This document shows positions 29,873 to 39,386 of a stretch of DNA of 64,000 nt, piece by piece. The first letter of the stretch is position 1. The number at the start of each line of letters is the position of its first letter. The stretch comes from an uncultured Actinomycetes bacterium. GTDB taxonomy: Bacteria > Actinomycetota > Acidimicrobiia > IMCC26256 > PALSA-610. The notes beneath the pieces were generated by a model, which made no database searches, was not told the origin of the DNA, and worked only from the letters and a program-made list of their open reading frames with translations. The DNA lies in contig CAWIMB010000001.1 in assembly GCA_963837155.1 (NCBI GenBank), positions 683,586-747,585 on the forward strand, read 5' to 3'. The position numbers and the translations under genes were made by a program.

Positions 29873-30560
29873 CTACGCCTCGTTCGGGGGCTGGCGCCGC
29901 GGCCTACGCCGAGGTTGTCGGGGCACGAGGGGCCGGGGCGCCGAATACCTCGCGTTTGAGATCACGCGCGGCGACGACAATGCCCGCGTCCCATCCGGCG
30001 CGCGGCCACCAGTTGGCGGGTGGACTGTCGTCATGTCTGTTCCGCTGCGCGTGAGCACCCATGAGACGACGGAGTTCGAATTCGACATTTCGCCGGCGTC
30101 GAGCTCGTCACGGCCCCAAACTGGGGTTGGGACGGATGGCAGGAGATCAAGGACTCGTTGTGCCTGCGTGAGATCGTCGGCCACCCTCACGGGACTCGCG
30201 ACCGCGGCGGCGACGTCGGGGATCCGTCCTTCTCGGCAGCGTCGGATCTCGTAGCGGAAGAGCCGAAAGCGTCCAGCCCATCTCGTTCCCACCGCGCCTT
30301 CGCGCGACGACACCGCGCTGTTCGCCGTGGAGGTCCGGGACGGGCGTCTGCTCGATCACAAAGCGGCCTTCCGGAACCCGGACCTCCAGAGCCGAGTGAT
30401 AGAGGTCGCAGCGTCGTCGCCGTTGAACGAGTGCCGAGATTGCCTCGAACACCTTGCCGCTCACCCGGACGACGTGCGCGCCGGCGCCCAATGGGATCCA
30501 GTAGAGGTCTACCGCTCCCCTCGTTTCGCTCGCGTTATGCCCTTGGAGGTCGTCGTTCAC
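29873..30560 (-). pseudogene. Conserved-looking hypothetical protein, one or two frameshifts as assembled
   Basis: VDLYWIPLGAGAHVVRVSGKVFEAISALVQRRRRCDLYHSALEVRVPEGRFVIEQTPVP is in the frame of ORF 30147..30821. It switches at about 30300-30315 into REGAVGTRWAGRFRLFRYEIRRCREGRIPDV. A further shift near 29990-30000 is possible (alternative ending ...GWDAGIVVAARDLKREVFGAP, stop at 29904). Confidence 0.45.
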
Positions 30561-31029
30561 CCTTGGAGCTAACCGCGCCGCGGCGGCCGTCGCTAGAGCC
30601 AGAGGTCCCGCCCGCTCGGAACTCGCGCACGGGGGTGCTTCTGTAACGCCGAGACGGTTCGCGTTTGTTGCGATTGTCGCCGGCTGCACTCTGGGGACGC
30701 GCTCGCGCGGCTCATGGGCGAGGAAGACGGTGTGCCGGTACGAAGCGCCGAGGTGCGGAATCCTCGGCGACTTCTTTCCTTCGCGCTCGGCGGAGGGGCG
30801 CGGCGGTCCGCCCGCGAGCACGACATCGACTCATTGCGCCGCAGTGAATCGCAATGTCTTGAGAAGCCGGGTCGCCTCGGGTCGAGGCCTAGCTGTGATG
30901 ACCCGGCAGGTTGCTTGGGCGTGCTCATGCGACGCGGCGCGACAGGCGGTTGTGCTCTGCGGTTCGGGTCCTTCGGCCCGATGTGCGCGGCGCCGACTCG
31001 TGTTGCAATTGGTGTCGAAGGAGGAGGGC

Positions 31030-32273
31030 ATGGCACACCGGATCGTGGTGCTCGGAGGCGGAACTGGCGGCACCCCTGGTCGCGAACCGCCTCCGGAAAA
31101 TGTTCTCCGCCGACGACGTCTCGATCACGGTCGTCGATCAAGACGCCGCTCACGTGTACCAGCCCGGCCTGTTGTTCGTTCCGTTCGGGCTCGCCCATCC
31201 GGACGAGATCGTCCGGCCCCGGGCCCGGCAGCTGCATGACGGGATCGTCTACGTGCAGTCGCCGATCGACCACGTCGACATCGAGCGCGACGTCGTACAT
31301 CTTGGCAACGGCGATGTGCTCGCGTATGACGTGCTGATCGTCGCGACCGGCGCCCGGTTGCTTCCCGGGGAGACGGAGGGGCTGACCGGTCCCGGATGGA
31401 TGGACAACGTCTTCACGTTCTATGACGTTCCGGGGGCGGACGCGTTGGCGAAGGCGTTGGCGCGATTCGAAGGCGGCCGGGTCGTCGTGAACGTTGTGGA
31501 TCTGCCGATCAAGTGCCCAGTTGCGCCGCTCGAGTTCTGCTTCCTCGCCCGATTGGTACTTCCGCGAGCGCGCCATCCGCGAACGCGTTGAGTTGACGTA
31601 TGTGACGCCGCTCGACGCCGCCTTTACGAAGCCGGTCGCGGCCAAGACGTTGGCCGGTCTGATCGACGAGAAGGGTGTGGCGCTCATTACCGAGTTCAAT
31701 ACCGGCAACGTCGACGGCGACGCCGGCAAACTCGTGTCCTATGACGGCCGGGAGGTGCCCTTTGATCTGGCGGTCGTGGTACCGCTGCACGGCGGCGCCG
31801 AGTACGTCCGTCGGTCGCCCGGTCTCGGTGACGAGCTCGACTTCGTGCCGACCGACGAGCACACGCTACAAGCGAAGGCGAAGCCGAACATCTTCGCGAT
31901 CGGGGACGCGACGTCGCTGCCCGCCTCGAAGGCGGGATCGGTCACCCACTTCGAGGGCGAGGTTCTCGTCGAAAACGTGTGCCGGTTCCTTGCCGGCGAG
32001 CCGCTCGACGCGTCATACGACGGGCACGCGAACTGTTTCGTCGAGACAGGCTTCCACAAGGCGCTACTGATCGACTTCAACTACGACACCGAGCCCCTTC
32101 CGGGTCATTTCCCTGGGCCGGTCGGCCTCCCGCTGTTGAAGGAGTCGCGACTGAACCATCTTGGCAAGTTGATGTTCCAGTGGTTCTACTGGCATGCGCT
32201 TTTGTCCGGCCGCGAGCTTCCCGGCACCGGGTCCGATATGCCACAGGCGGGCAAGAAGGGAGTTGTGCAATGA
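31030..32273 (+). pseudogene. Sulfide:quinone oxidoreductase-like NAD(P)/FAD-dependent oxidoreductase, two +1 frameshifts as assembled
   Basis: The sequence begins MAHRIVVLGGGTGGT. An extra C in the run at 31071-31079 shifts into LVANRLRK...VYQPGLLFVPFG...VLIVATGARL...IKCPVAPLEFCFLA. An extra C at 31548-31551 shifts into DWYFRERAIRERVELTYVTP...IFAIGDATSLPASKAGSVTHFEG. Confidence 0.8.
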
Positions 32274-32587
32274 CAACCACAACACTTGCAGGTCGCGATA
32301 TCGAAGTGAATGAAGAAGGGTTCTTCGAGCATCCCGAACAGTGGACCGAGGACATGGCCGCCGACCTCGCGCGCGTCGAGGGCATCGACCCGCTCACCGA
32401 GCGGCACTGGCAGGTCATCCGCTTCATGCGCACGGAGTACGAGAACAAGGGCACGGGCCCCACGGTGCGGGTGCTCGGCAAAACGTCAGGTGTGTCGGTG
32501 AAGGAACTGTACGAGCTGTTCCCGAAGGGCCCTGCGAAGGTCGCCGCGAAGATCGCGGGCATTCCCAAACCGCGCGGCTGCATCTAG
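32270..32587 (+). CDS. TusE/DsrC/DsvC-family sulfur-relay protein (single C-terminal Cys)
   Basis: 105 aa: EEGFFEHPEQWTEDMAADLARVEGIDPLTERHWQVIRFMRTEYENKG...IAGIPKPRGCI. The penultimate Cys is conserved. There is an ATGA overlap with the SQR-like stop. Confidence 0.85.
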   Translation: MTTTTLAGRDIEVNEEGFFEHPEQWTEDMAADLARVEGIDPLTERHWQVIRFMRTEYENKGTGPTVRVLGKTSGVSVKELYELFPKGPAKVAAKIAGIPKPRGCI

Positions 32588-32596
32588 GAGCAATCC

Positions 32597-33067
32597 ATGG
32601 GTGATGAACCGATCAGCAAGGTGTCGATCATCATCAGCAAGGGGTCGCTCGACGGCGTGTATCCCGGATTGATCATGGCCAACGGTGCGCGGGCCGAAGG
32701 GATCGAAGCCAATTTGTTCTTCACGTTCTTCGGGCTCGACGTGATCCACAAGTAGCGCCACGAGCACATCAAGCTCGCGACGGTTGGGAACCCGGGGCTG
32801 CACATGGCGACATGGCTGGGTGGGTTCCCCGGCATGGCGAGCGTGATGACGCACTACATGGAGCACCAGATCGGCAAGCTCGACATCCCGTCGATTCCCG
32901 AGTTCGTGGAGATGATCGCCGACACCGGCGCCGGCCTCTACGCCTGCAAGGCGTCGGTCGACTTGTTCGGGCTCGCCAAGGACGACTTCATCGACCAGGT
33001 GCAAGACATCATCACCGTCGGCGAGTTCTACGAGAAGGCCGCCGGCGGCCAGATCATCTTCACGTGA
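32597..33067 (+). pseudogene. DsrE/DsrF-like sulfur-transfer family protein interrupted by an in-frame TAG
   Basis: An AGGAG SD lies 6 nt upstream of the start. The sequence reads MGDEPISKVSIIISKGSLDGVYPGLIMANGARAEGIEANLFFTFFGLDVIHK*RHEHIKLATVGNPGLHMATWLGG...GLYACKASVDLFGL. The TAG is at 32753-32755 and there is no frame change. Confidence 0.75.
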
Positions 33068-33074
33068 AGTCGAC

Positions 33075-33686
33075 ATGACACGCATCGAGGTCTTCGCCGA
33101 CATCGTCTGCCCGTTCACGCACGTCGGCCTGCGGCGCCTGATCGAAGCACGCGGGGCACACGCTGCGCGGGCCCCCATGCGCGTCCGGGCTTGGCCCCTC
33201 GAATGGGTCAACGGGCGGCCGCTCGATCGAGACCTCGTCGCGCGCGAGATCGACGCGCTGCGATCGCAGGTCGCGCCGGAACTGTTCGCCGGCTTTGACA
33301 CCGCGACCTTCCCGCAAACGTCGATCCCGGCGTTCGGACTTGCCGCAGCCGCGTACGCACTCGACGACACGATCGGCGAAGCGGTCAGCCTGGCCGTGCG
33401 CGACATGCTGTTCGAAAAGGGCCTCGATGTCGCCGACCACGACGTCCTGCGCACGGTCGCGACGCAGTTCGGCGTTGAGCCGCTCGAGCCGCGGGCGGCT
33501 GAGTCAGCCGCCCGCACGGACTGGCAGCGCGGCAAGGCGCGCGGGGTGCGGGGCTCGCCCCACTTCTTTGTCCGTGACTGCGATTGGTTTTGCCCCAGCC
33601 TCGTCATTCGCCACGAACGAGACGGCTTCGACATCGAGATCGCTACAGACACGATGCGCGACTTCTACGAGGCCGCTCTCGGATGA
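33075..33686 (+). CDS. DsbA-family thioredoxin-fold oxidoreductase
   Basis: 203 aa: IEVFADIVCPFTHVGLRRL (CPFT active-site position) and GVRGSPHFFV, which is the DsbA/FrnE-like pattern. Confidence 0.8.
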   Translation: MTRIEVFADIVCPFTHVGLRRLIEARGAHAARAPMRVRAWPLEWVNGRPLDRDLVAREIDALRSQVAPELFAGFDTATFPQTSIPAFGLAAAAYALDDTIGEAVSLAVRDMLFEKGLDVADHDVLRTVATQFGVEPLEPRAAESAARTDWQRGKARGVRGSPHFFVRDCDWFCPSLVIRHERDGFDIEIATDTMRDFYEAALG

Positions 33687-34051
33687 AGGGCCGAGTCGCG
33701 CAGCTGTCTCGCTGTCGCCGGTGAGGCCGCGGTGGAGGATCCGGATTGTTCCGACTGCAGCCGCGGTCACGCCGATCGGGGACCATGACGAGGAACGCGA
33801 ATTCGCAGAAACCGAAACGCGGCACGGTTGCGACCACCTGCTGCGCGGGTGAGGGAGAAGCGTTGGCCAAGTGCAGAATGCTGCTGGCGCAGTATTTGCC
33901 GTCGTCGAGCGAGTTGTTGCTTGCAATCGCAGGCTTGCGGCCGCCACCAACCAATTCCGGCTCCTGTTAGGACTTTGGGCACTGCTCCGCAGGTCGAGAT
34001 GGTGGCCCAATTGATTTTGGCGGACCGGTCCAATTCGAGCGGAGGTGTCGG

Positions 34052-35119
34052 ATGGAAGCGAACGGTCAGTCGAACGGTACGAGTGCGTGGCCCACTGCCA
34101 TGGCGACATTCGTCATGGTTTCGCTTCTCATCAGCGCGGTGAGTCTGGGTTTTGTCATCGATAAGAGCGCCGGAACGAGCACGGCGGCGGGGACCGCAAA
34201 GGCCTCCACGTCCGCGTTCGAGTTCGGTACCGATCCGCCGAAGGCGTTCCGGGCGCGTGACCCAAACGCGCCGCCGCCGAGCACGCAGCCGGCGGGCACC
34301 GTGCACAAAGTGACGTTCGAGATCATCGAGAAGAAGGTTGAGATCGCACCCGGCGTGTCGCAACTGATGTGGACATACAACGGGCAGGTGCCCGGCCCGA
34401 CACTGCGCGGGAAGCTTGGGGACACCTTCGAGGTGACGCTCGTCAACGGCGGCGCAATGTCGCACTCGATTGATTTCCACGCGAGCAAGGTCGCTCCGAA
34501 TGTCACGATGCGGACGATCGGGCCCGGCCAAAGGTACGTGTACACCTTCACGGCAACCCATTCGGGCATTTTCATGTATCACTGCGGTACACCGCCCGTG
34601 CTCCAGCACATCGCGATGGGCATGTACGGAGCGGTCATCATCGATCCGCCCGATCTTCTGCCCGTTGACCACGAGTATCTGTTCGTCCAGTCCGAGCTCT
34701 ACAAGGAGGCCGATCCTTCCCAGCCGGTCGACTACAACAAGCTTCTCGCCGAACAGTGGGACGGCGTGGTCTTTAACGGCTACCTGAGCCAGTACACGTC
34801 GCGCGCGATCCGCGTGGAGCCCAACCAGAAGATCCGCGCCTGGGTCATGAACGACGGCCCCTCCGATATCTCGTCGTTCCATGTGATCGGTACGATCTTC
34901 GATTCCGTGTACAAAGAAGGCGCGTACCTGCTGCAGCCCACTAGGGACCAAGGCGGCGGTCAGGCACTCGATCTTGCACCGGCGCAGGGTGGCTTCGTGG
35001 AATTCACTCTCTCCGTGCCGGGCAAGTACCCGTTCGTCAGCCACAAGTTCTCTGACGTGTCGAAGGGCGCGGCTGGCGTGTTCATGGCCGGCAACGCTCC
35101 AGCAGACGCAGCCGGATAA
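34052..35119 (+). CDS. Two-domain multicopper oxidase, copper nitrite reductase (NirK)-like, with an N-terminal membrane anchor
   Basis: 355 aa with TM segment WPTAMATFVMVSLLISAVSLGFVI. NirK-like copper motifs are HSIDFHA and MYHCGTPPVLQHIAMGMYG (type-1 Cu Cys/His/Met spacing). Confidence 0.75.
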   Translation: MEANGQSNGTSAWPTAMATFVMVSLLISAVSLGFVIDKSAGTSTAAGTAKASTSAFEFGTDPPKAFRARDPNAPPPSTQPAGTVHKVTFEIIEKKVEIAPGVSQLMWTYNGQVPGPTLRGKLGDTFEVTLVNGGAMSHSIDFHASKVAPNVTMRTIGPGQRYVYTFTATHSGIFMYHCGTPPVLQHIAMGMYGAVIIDPPDLLPVDHEYLFVQSELYKEADPSQPVDYNKLLAEQWDGVVFNGYLSQYTSRAIRVEPNQKIRAWVMNDGPSDISSFHVIGTIFDSVYKEGAYLLQPTRDQGGGQALDLAPAQGGFVEFTLSVPGKYPFVSHKFSDVSKGAAGVFMAGNAPADAAG

Positions 35120-35310
35120 CGCTTGCCCGACGGTTCAGATGGTTCGAATGACCGTTCAGTCGTTTCGACCATGACGCGTCGCATCAACGCGTACGCAGTT
35201 CCGCAACAAGGGTGAACCCACGCGTGGTTCCCTCGGCTTGTCACTGTGTGCAACGTGTCACTGTGCATCGCGCGTGGTGCCGTGAATTGTGCCGTGTATC
35301 TCCGGAATGT

Positions 35311-35408
35311 GCGGGAGCAGCGGGAGCAGCGGGAGCAGCGGGAGCAGCGGGAGCAGCGGGAGCAGCGGGAGCAGCGGGAGCAGCGGGAGCAGCGGGAGCA
35401 GCGGGAGC
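35311..35408. repeat. Perfect 9-bp tandem repeat (GCGGGAGCA) x about 10.9
   Basis: Read directly from the sequence. There are 10 exact units from 35311 to 35400 and a partial eleventh. It is intergenic, 48 bp upstream of the tRNA-Met-like element. Confidence 0.95.
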
Positions 35409-35455
35409 GGATGTTACGGCCGTCGCCCGAAGAACCTTGTGATGGGTACTAGCAA

Positions 35456-35536
35456 GGCGTAGCCCGGACTCGCCGGTAGCTCGCTCGTCGGCTCATAACC
35501 CGAAGGTCGCAGGTTCAAATCCCGCCCCCGCCACCA
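35456..35536 (+). tRNA. Degenerate tRNA-Met(CAU)-like element with encoded CCA; probable tRNA pseudogene or att relic
   Basis: The 3' two-thirds, GGTAGCTCGC...CGGCTCATAACCCGAAGGTCGCAGGTTCAAATCCCGCCCCCGCCACCA, matches actinobacterial initiator-type tRNA-Met. The anticodon stem lacks one G, there is an extra CTCG after the D-arm, the T-stem has an A:C mismatch, and no 5' acceptor strand (GGCGGGG) pairs with CCCCGCC. Confidence 0.4.
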
Positions 35537-35606
35537 TCATCGGTCGCAGTCGCACTCTCCTGGGACGGGCACGGAAACCACCATCTCGAAGCACATGCTT
35601 CCGTCG

Positions 35607-35628
35607 GGGCCTCCCACTCGGGAGGCCC
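35607..35628. terminator. GC-rich perfect hairpin (9-bp stem, 4-nt loop); candidate bidirectional intrinsic terminator
   Basis: GGGCCTCCC-ACTC-GGGAGGCCC lies between the tRNA-like element (+) and the stop of the membrane-protein gene (-). There is no U-tract on either strand. Confidence 0.45.
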
Positions 35629-35697
35629 TGACGCGTTGCAGAGCTCGGGCGCGATCCTGGCGGCCGGTCGTGCTCGTCCCAGCGGAGCCGTAGGTCG

Positions 35698-36910
35698 TTA
35701 GTCGCCGGGGATCGCGGCGATGGCGACGAAGAGCAGGGCCGCGGCGAGCGCGGTGCTGGCGACGGTTATGAGGAGGTAGCGGGGTGTGCGGAGACGCCAC
35801 GCGGTGATTGCGGTGAGGAGGGCTTGGCAGAGGTAGTAGACGGCGAACGCGCGGGACGCGAAGCTGACGATGGAGAAGATGTTGGCGAACCAGGCGACGA
35901 GCGCAGCGCCGAGCGCGACTGCTGGATAGCCGACGTTGCCTCCTTGGTGGCGGGGACGGTCGGTGAGCATCTCGCTGCTGCCGGCGGTGTCCGCGGTGGC
36001 GGCAGAGAATTGGCTGGCGATCGCGGCGGCGACGAGCAGCGGCACGAGAACGGGGGACACGATGCGCGCGGCGTCGAGAATCGCGGTTTCTCGTGGACCC
36101 GAGCCGAGGTGCCCGAAAAAGGGGACGACCAGCGCCGCGAACGCGGCGTAGATCGCGCCGCTGATGAGTTGCGCAGATCGCATGGTTCGCACCCGCAGGT
36201 CGCGGTTGTAGTAGTGGCTCAGGTAGCGCGAGGTCTCGAAGCCTTGGACGACGAGGAGCATGCCTGCGAGGCGCCGGGCGACGGTGATGCTGCCGATGTC
36301 GATCGGGTGGTGCTGGTACGCGGTGGTCGTCGCGGATCCGTGGAGTGCGTCGTAGGCGAGCATGCCGGCGAGGAGCCCCACGATCACGACGAGCTTGAAG
36401 TCGACGGCGGGTATCTCGACGGCTTCGATGCCGTGCAGGCCGCGAACCAGGCCCAGTACTCCGATCGCGGCGAGGATCGCGGTGGTGATGAGCCGGCCGT
36501 TGAGGTTGGTGTCTGCACCGAGGGCGTCGAGGACGAACGACGCGAGCAGCCGCAGGTAGAACGCGAACAGAGATCGTGTAGGCGAAACCGAGCGCGACCC
36601 GCGACACCCGCTCGAGGTCCACGATCGGACGGAACGGCTCTGGGGCAGCGAGTTCGGGTTCGACGTGGAGGATGTTGAAGCGGAGCGAGGCGCCGATCGC
36701 GTACGCGGCCAGCACGATCCCCAACATCGCGACCGGAGCCCACTCGGCGACCGTGCTCGCCAGCAGCGGGGCCAGCACCAAGAAGCCGCTGCCGATGATC
36801 GACGCCAAGGGCGTCACGGTCGCCCGCCATGCGGATGACGTGCGCGTCGCCGGACGGGTGACGACGACGACACACGCAAGGATCCCGACTACCACGGCTG
36901 CCGTTTCCAC
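35698..36910 (-). pseudogene. Polytopic integral membrane protein (permease-like), frameshifted as assembled
   Basis: The N-terminal half, WRATVTPLASIIGSGFLVLAPLLAS...ALGFAYTIS, is in the frame of ORF 35537..37285. The frame switches at about 36565-36575 into FAFYLRLLASFVLDALG...VVQGFETSRYLSHYY... (ORF 35698..36387). The GTG start near 36910 is tentative. Confidence 0.6.
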
Positions 36911-37112
36911 GGGCCGCGACCCTACGGCGGACACCTGGCCGGGAACGCCCGGCACCGATGCGGAACTCCAGGGTGCGAGTCTCGGATGCCCTGCATTGGT
37001 CAGCGGCGCGGCTCCTTCGGGCCTGCCTACCACGCGATGATCGAAAGTGAGACCGACGGAGTAGGGCAACACGGTCGACGATGATCGAACGACGAGGCGC
37101 ACGCGATGGCGA

Positions 37113-37754
37113 ATGAGGTTGTGCGCATCGACGAGCCTGGAGTCGCCCGATAGCTGTTCGGTCGGTCGGCGCCACGTGCTCGTCTCCGGCATCGCACTGT
37201 TCGCGGTCGCGAGCCTGGGCTTCATCGGAGACTCCGTGTCGATCCCGCTCCTCGCCCTGCTCTTCGTGCTCGTCGGCGCCTCCACCGCGCTCGTCGAAAC
37301 CGGCCAGGGCGCCTACGCGGCCGACCTGCTGCACGACTCGATCCGAGGACGCGGATTCGGCTTCCTCGGCCTCGTCGACGGCATCGGCGACCTCGTCCCC
37401 AGCATCGTCGTCGGCATCCTGTTCACCGTTACCGACCCCACATGGGGCTTCGTGTACGCCGCCGCGCTCTCAACGGTCGGCGCGCTCGTCCTCGCTCGAC
37501 GCGGCTCAAAAGCGTCGAGCGCCAAACGCGAGCTCATGACGGTCAGCTGCGACGAGAACGCTTCCGACAGATCACGCTCGAACGCACCCTCGAACCGAAA
37601 CGGGAGTAGTTCCGGGAGTAATCCCGGGAGCAGTCCGCGCAATCATGAAGGCTGGCGCGCTTCGAGTGAGTCAGCTTGGCATCGACGTGACCGTGCCGAG
37701 CCAGTCCGCGAAAAGTCCGCGGGACGCCGAGAAACGATGATCATCGGCGGGTAG
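37113..37754 (+). pseudogene. 5'-truncated MFS-transporter C-terminal fragment
   Basis: Only the last helices are present: LVSGIALFAVASLGFIG...LLFVLVGASTALVETGQGAYAADLL...RGRGFGFLGLVDGIGDLVPSIVVGILF. The N-terminal 6+ TM helices are missing and the tail is low-complexity. Confidence 0.5.
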
Positions 37755-37932
37755 CACCGAGCAGTAATGCCGCAGGTCACCAGCAAGACGCGGCGCGACA
37801 GCGCAGGTCAGGAAGGCGCGTCGAAAACGTTCGCAACGTCGCGGTCCCTCGTATGCAAGCTCAACGCACCCACGAGCCAGGCCACTCGCCGCGATAGCGG
37901 GCGTGTTGAGCCTCGAGGCCGCACGGCAGGCA

Positions 37933-38469
37933 CTACAGCTCGAGGCCGTGGTCGAGCGCCGGCATGCGTTGTTCGCGTGCGAGGGCGCGATCGGCGGCGT
38001 CAACTGCGCGTCGCCAGGCGTGTGGTTCGGGGAGCGGTGCCCGCGCTGGGATGGAGTCGAGGAGGCTCGCGACTGCGATCGTCTGAGGCGCGCGATGGAC
38101 GAGTGCAGCAAGTTCGTGGGGGTAGCTGCTGATTCCGATTCCAGATCGCGCGCCGATGGTCGGAAAGCTTCGACGACCGGGCGTCTGGTCGTACCGATCA
38201 GCAGCGGCCTGCCGGTCTCGCCAGGTCTCGAGGTGCTCTGCGATGCCGCACCACGCGTTGAGACCACCTCGCGTGGACGGCGGCGTTCCGAGCACATGCC
38301 ATAGCTCGCCGGTCGGGTCGGTTGTTGCGGCGACAACGCGGTCAGGTCGGCTGTTGTCGAGCGCGTCGTCGAGATCACCGATGGCAATGGTGAAGCGCGC
38401 GCGTTCGTTCGCTGTTTGTCTCGCGGCCTCCGCCCACGTTTGGACCGCTTGCGAAGGCGTGCGCTTTTC
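37933..38469 (-). pseudogene. Start-less ORF fragment, possibly the C-terminal remnant of a mobile-element relaxase/helicase
   Basis: The stop-to-stop frame reads ...TWAEAARQTANERARFTIAIGDLDDALDNSRPDRVVAATTDPTGELWHVLGTPPSTRGGLNAWCGIAEHLETWRDRQAA... The composition is protein-like. The LGxPP...W...AE..E.WR motif recalls the C-terminal tails of actinobacterial TraA/TrwC-type proteins. This is from memory only and is weak evidence. Confidence 0.25.
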
Positions 38470-38644
38470 ACGATCTTCGCCAAACGAACGCCACTCTCAC
38501 CGCCGCGCGCGTCGCACCTCTACGAACCGTGATGGCGCTATCAGCATCGACTCGACGGCCAAGACGTCGTCATCGGAGGCGTCCTCCACCAGGTGGTGCG
38601 AAGGCATCAACGAGACTCGACAACAAGTTCACTAAGTTTCTCGC

Positions 38645-39372
38645 GTGAACTTTGCCTCGGGCGTCTTGGCCGGCGTCGTAGGGACTCTCATTGCGTCGGC
38701 TCTTCTATACGTGCTCGCCAGGACACGTGGTTGGATACGCACGACGACTCGCACCAGACGGTCTGATCGTGGACTTCTACTTCGCCTACGAGCCGCGGGG
38801 GTGTCGAATTTCTACGGCAGCCGAAGTGACTACGTGCTCCACCGTAGTGCCCCTCGTCTAACCGATTTTCTAGCTACGGCTGATCGCTCAATTGTTGTCG
38901 CCGGCTATTGGCTCGGTCACGGCAACGAGGCGGAGAACATCGCCAGTGCACTAGCAGACATGTTGGAGCGACGTACCGAGCTGTCGGCCACCATCGCACT
39001 GATCGACCCAACCAGCCCGCACCTCTCCCAGCTGGCGGATTACCTTGACCTGCCTTTTCAAGAGCTCCGCGACCGCATCACCTCGTCACTCCGCAATCTC
39101 TATCGCGGAGCGAGGACATGTCTGCTGGGGCTCGCGGCCGACTCGACCTGCGGGTCTACCGTGACCTTCCGATGGCATCCGTCATCCTCCTCGACGCCGA
39201 CAGTGAACGCGGCCGCATCCAACTCGATTTCAAGGCCTTTGGCGCTCCGCGGGATTCGAGCTTCGGACTTGAGTTGCGCGGGACAGACAAGCCGCTCTAC
39301 GGCGTGTGCAAACGAGCGTGGACGGGGCTCGTTCAGCGCGCTGTCGCCATGGATCCCAACGTCCACCTGTGA
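38645..39372 (+). pseudogene. Membrane-anchored DUF5919-like protein (gene A of the candidate two-gene system), single frameshift as assembled
   Basis: GTG start, then TM segment FASGVLAGVVGTLIASALLYVL. The body is FYGSRSDYVLHRSAPRLTDFLATADRSIVVAGYWLGHG...TIALIDPTSPHLSQLADYL...SLRNLYRGAR. The frame switches at about 39111-39118 into LDLRVYRDLPMASVILLDADSERGRIQLDFKAFGAPRDSSFGLELRG...CKRAWTGLVQRA. It is collinear with the DUF5919 domain of actinobacterial XRE-type proteins as I recall it. No HKD motif is visible. Confidence 0.55.
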
Positions 39373-39386
39373 CTACGCCGACACAC

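Noticed and set aside
33767-35044. 425-aa minus-strand ORF
   Set aside because: It is antisense to the NirK-like gene, Arg/His-rich and motif-free.
35311-35408. CRISPR array (also considered for the 240-bp repeats at 45590-48760)
   Set aside because: The 9-bp units are contiguous with no spacers. The 240-bp units are coding protein repeats. No cas genes are present in the window.
35212-35452. ORFs translating the 9-bp repeat as (AGA)n or (REQ)n
   Set aside because: They exist only because the repeat is a multiple of 3. They have no credible start context or flanking protein-like sequence.
37671-38483. 270-aa minus-strand ORF
   Set aside because: It is Ser/Arg-rich and low-complexity. A different minus frame (37933-38469) looks more protein-like but lacks a start, so only that fragment was reported, at low confidence.
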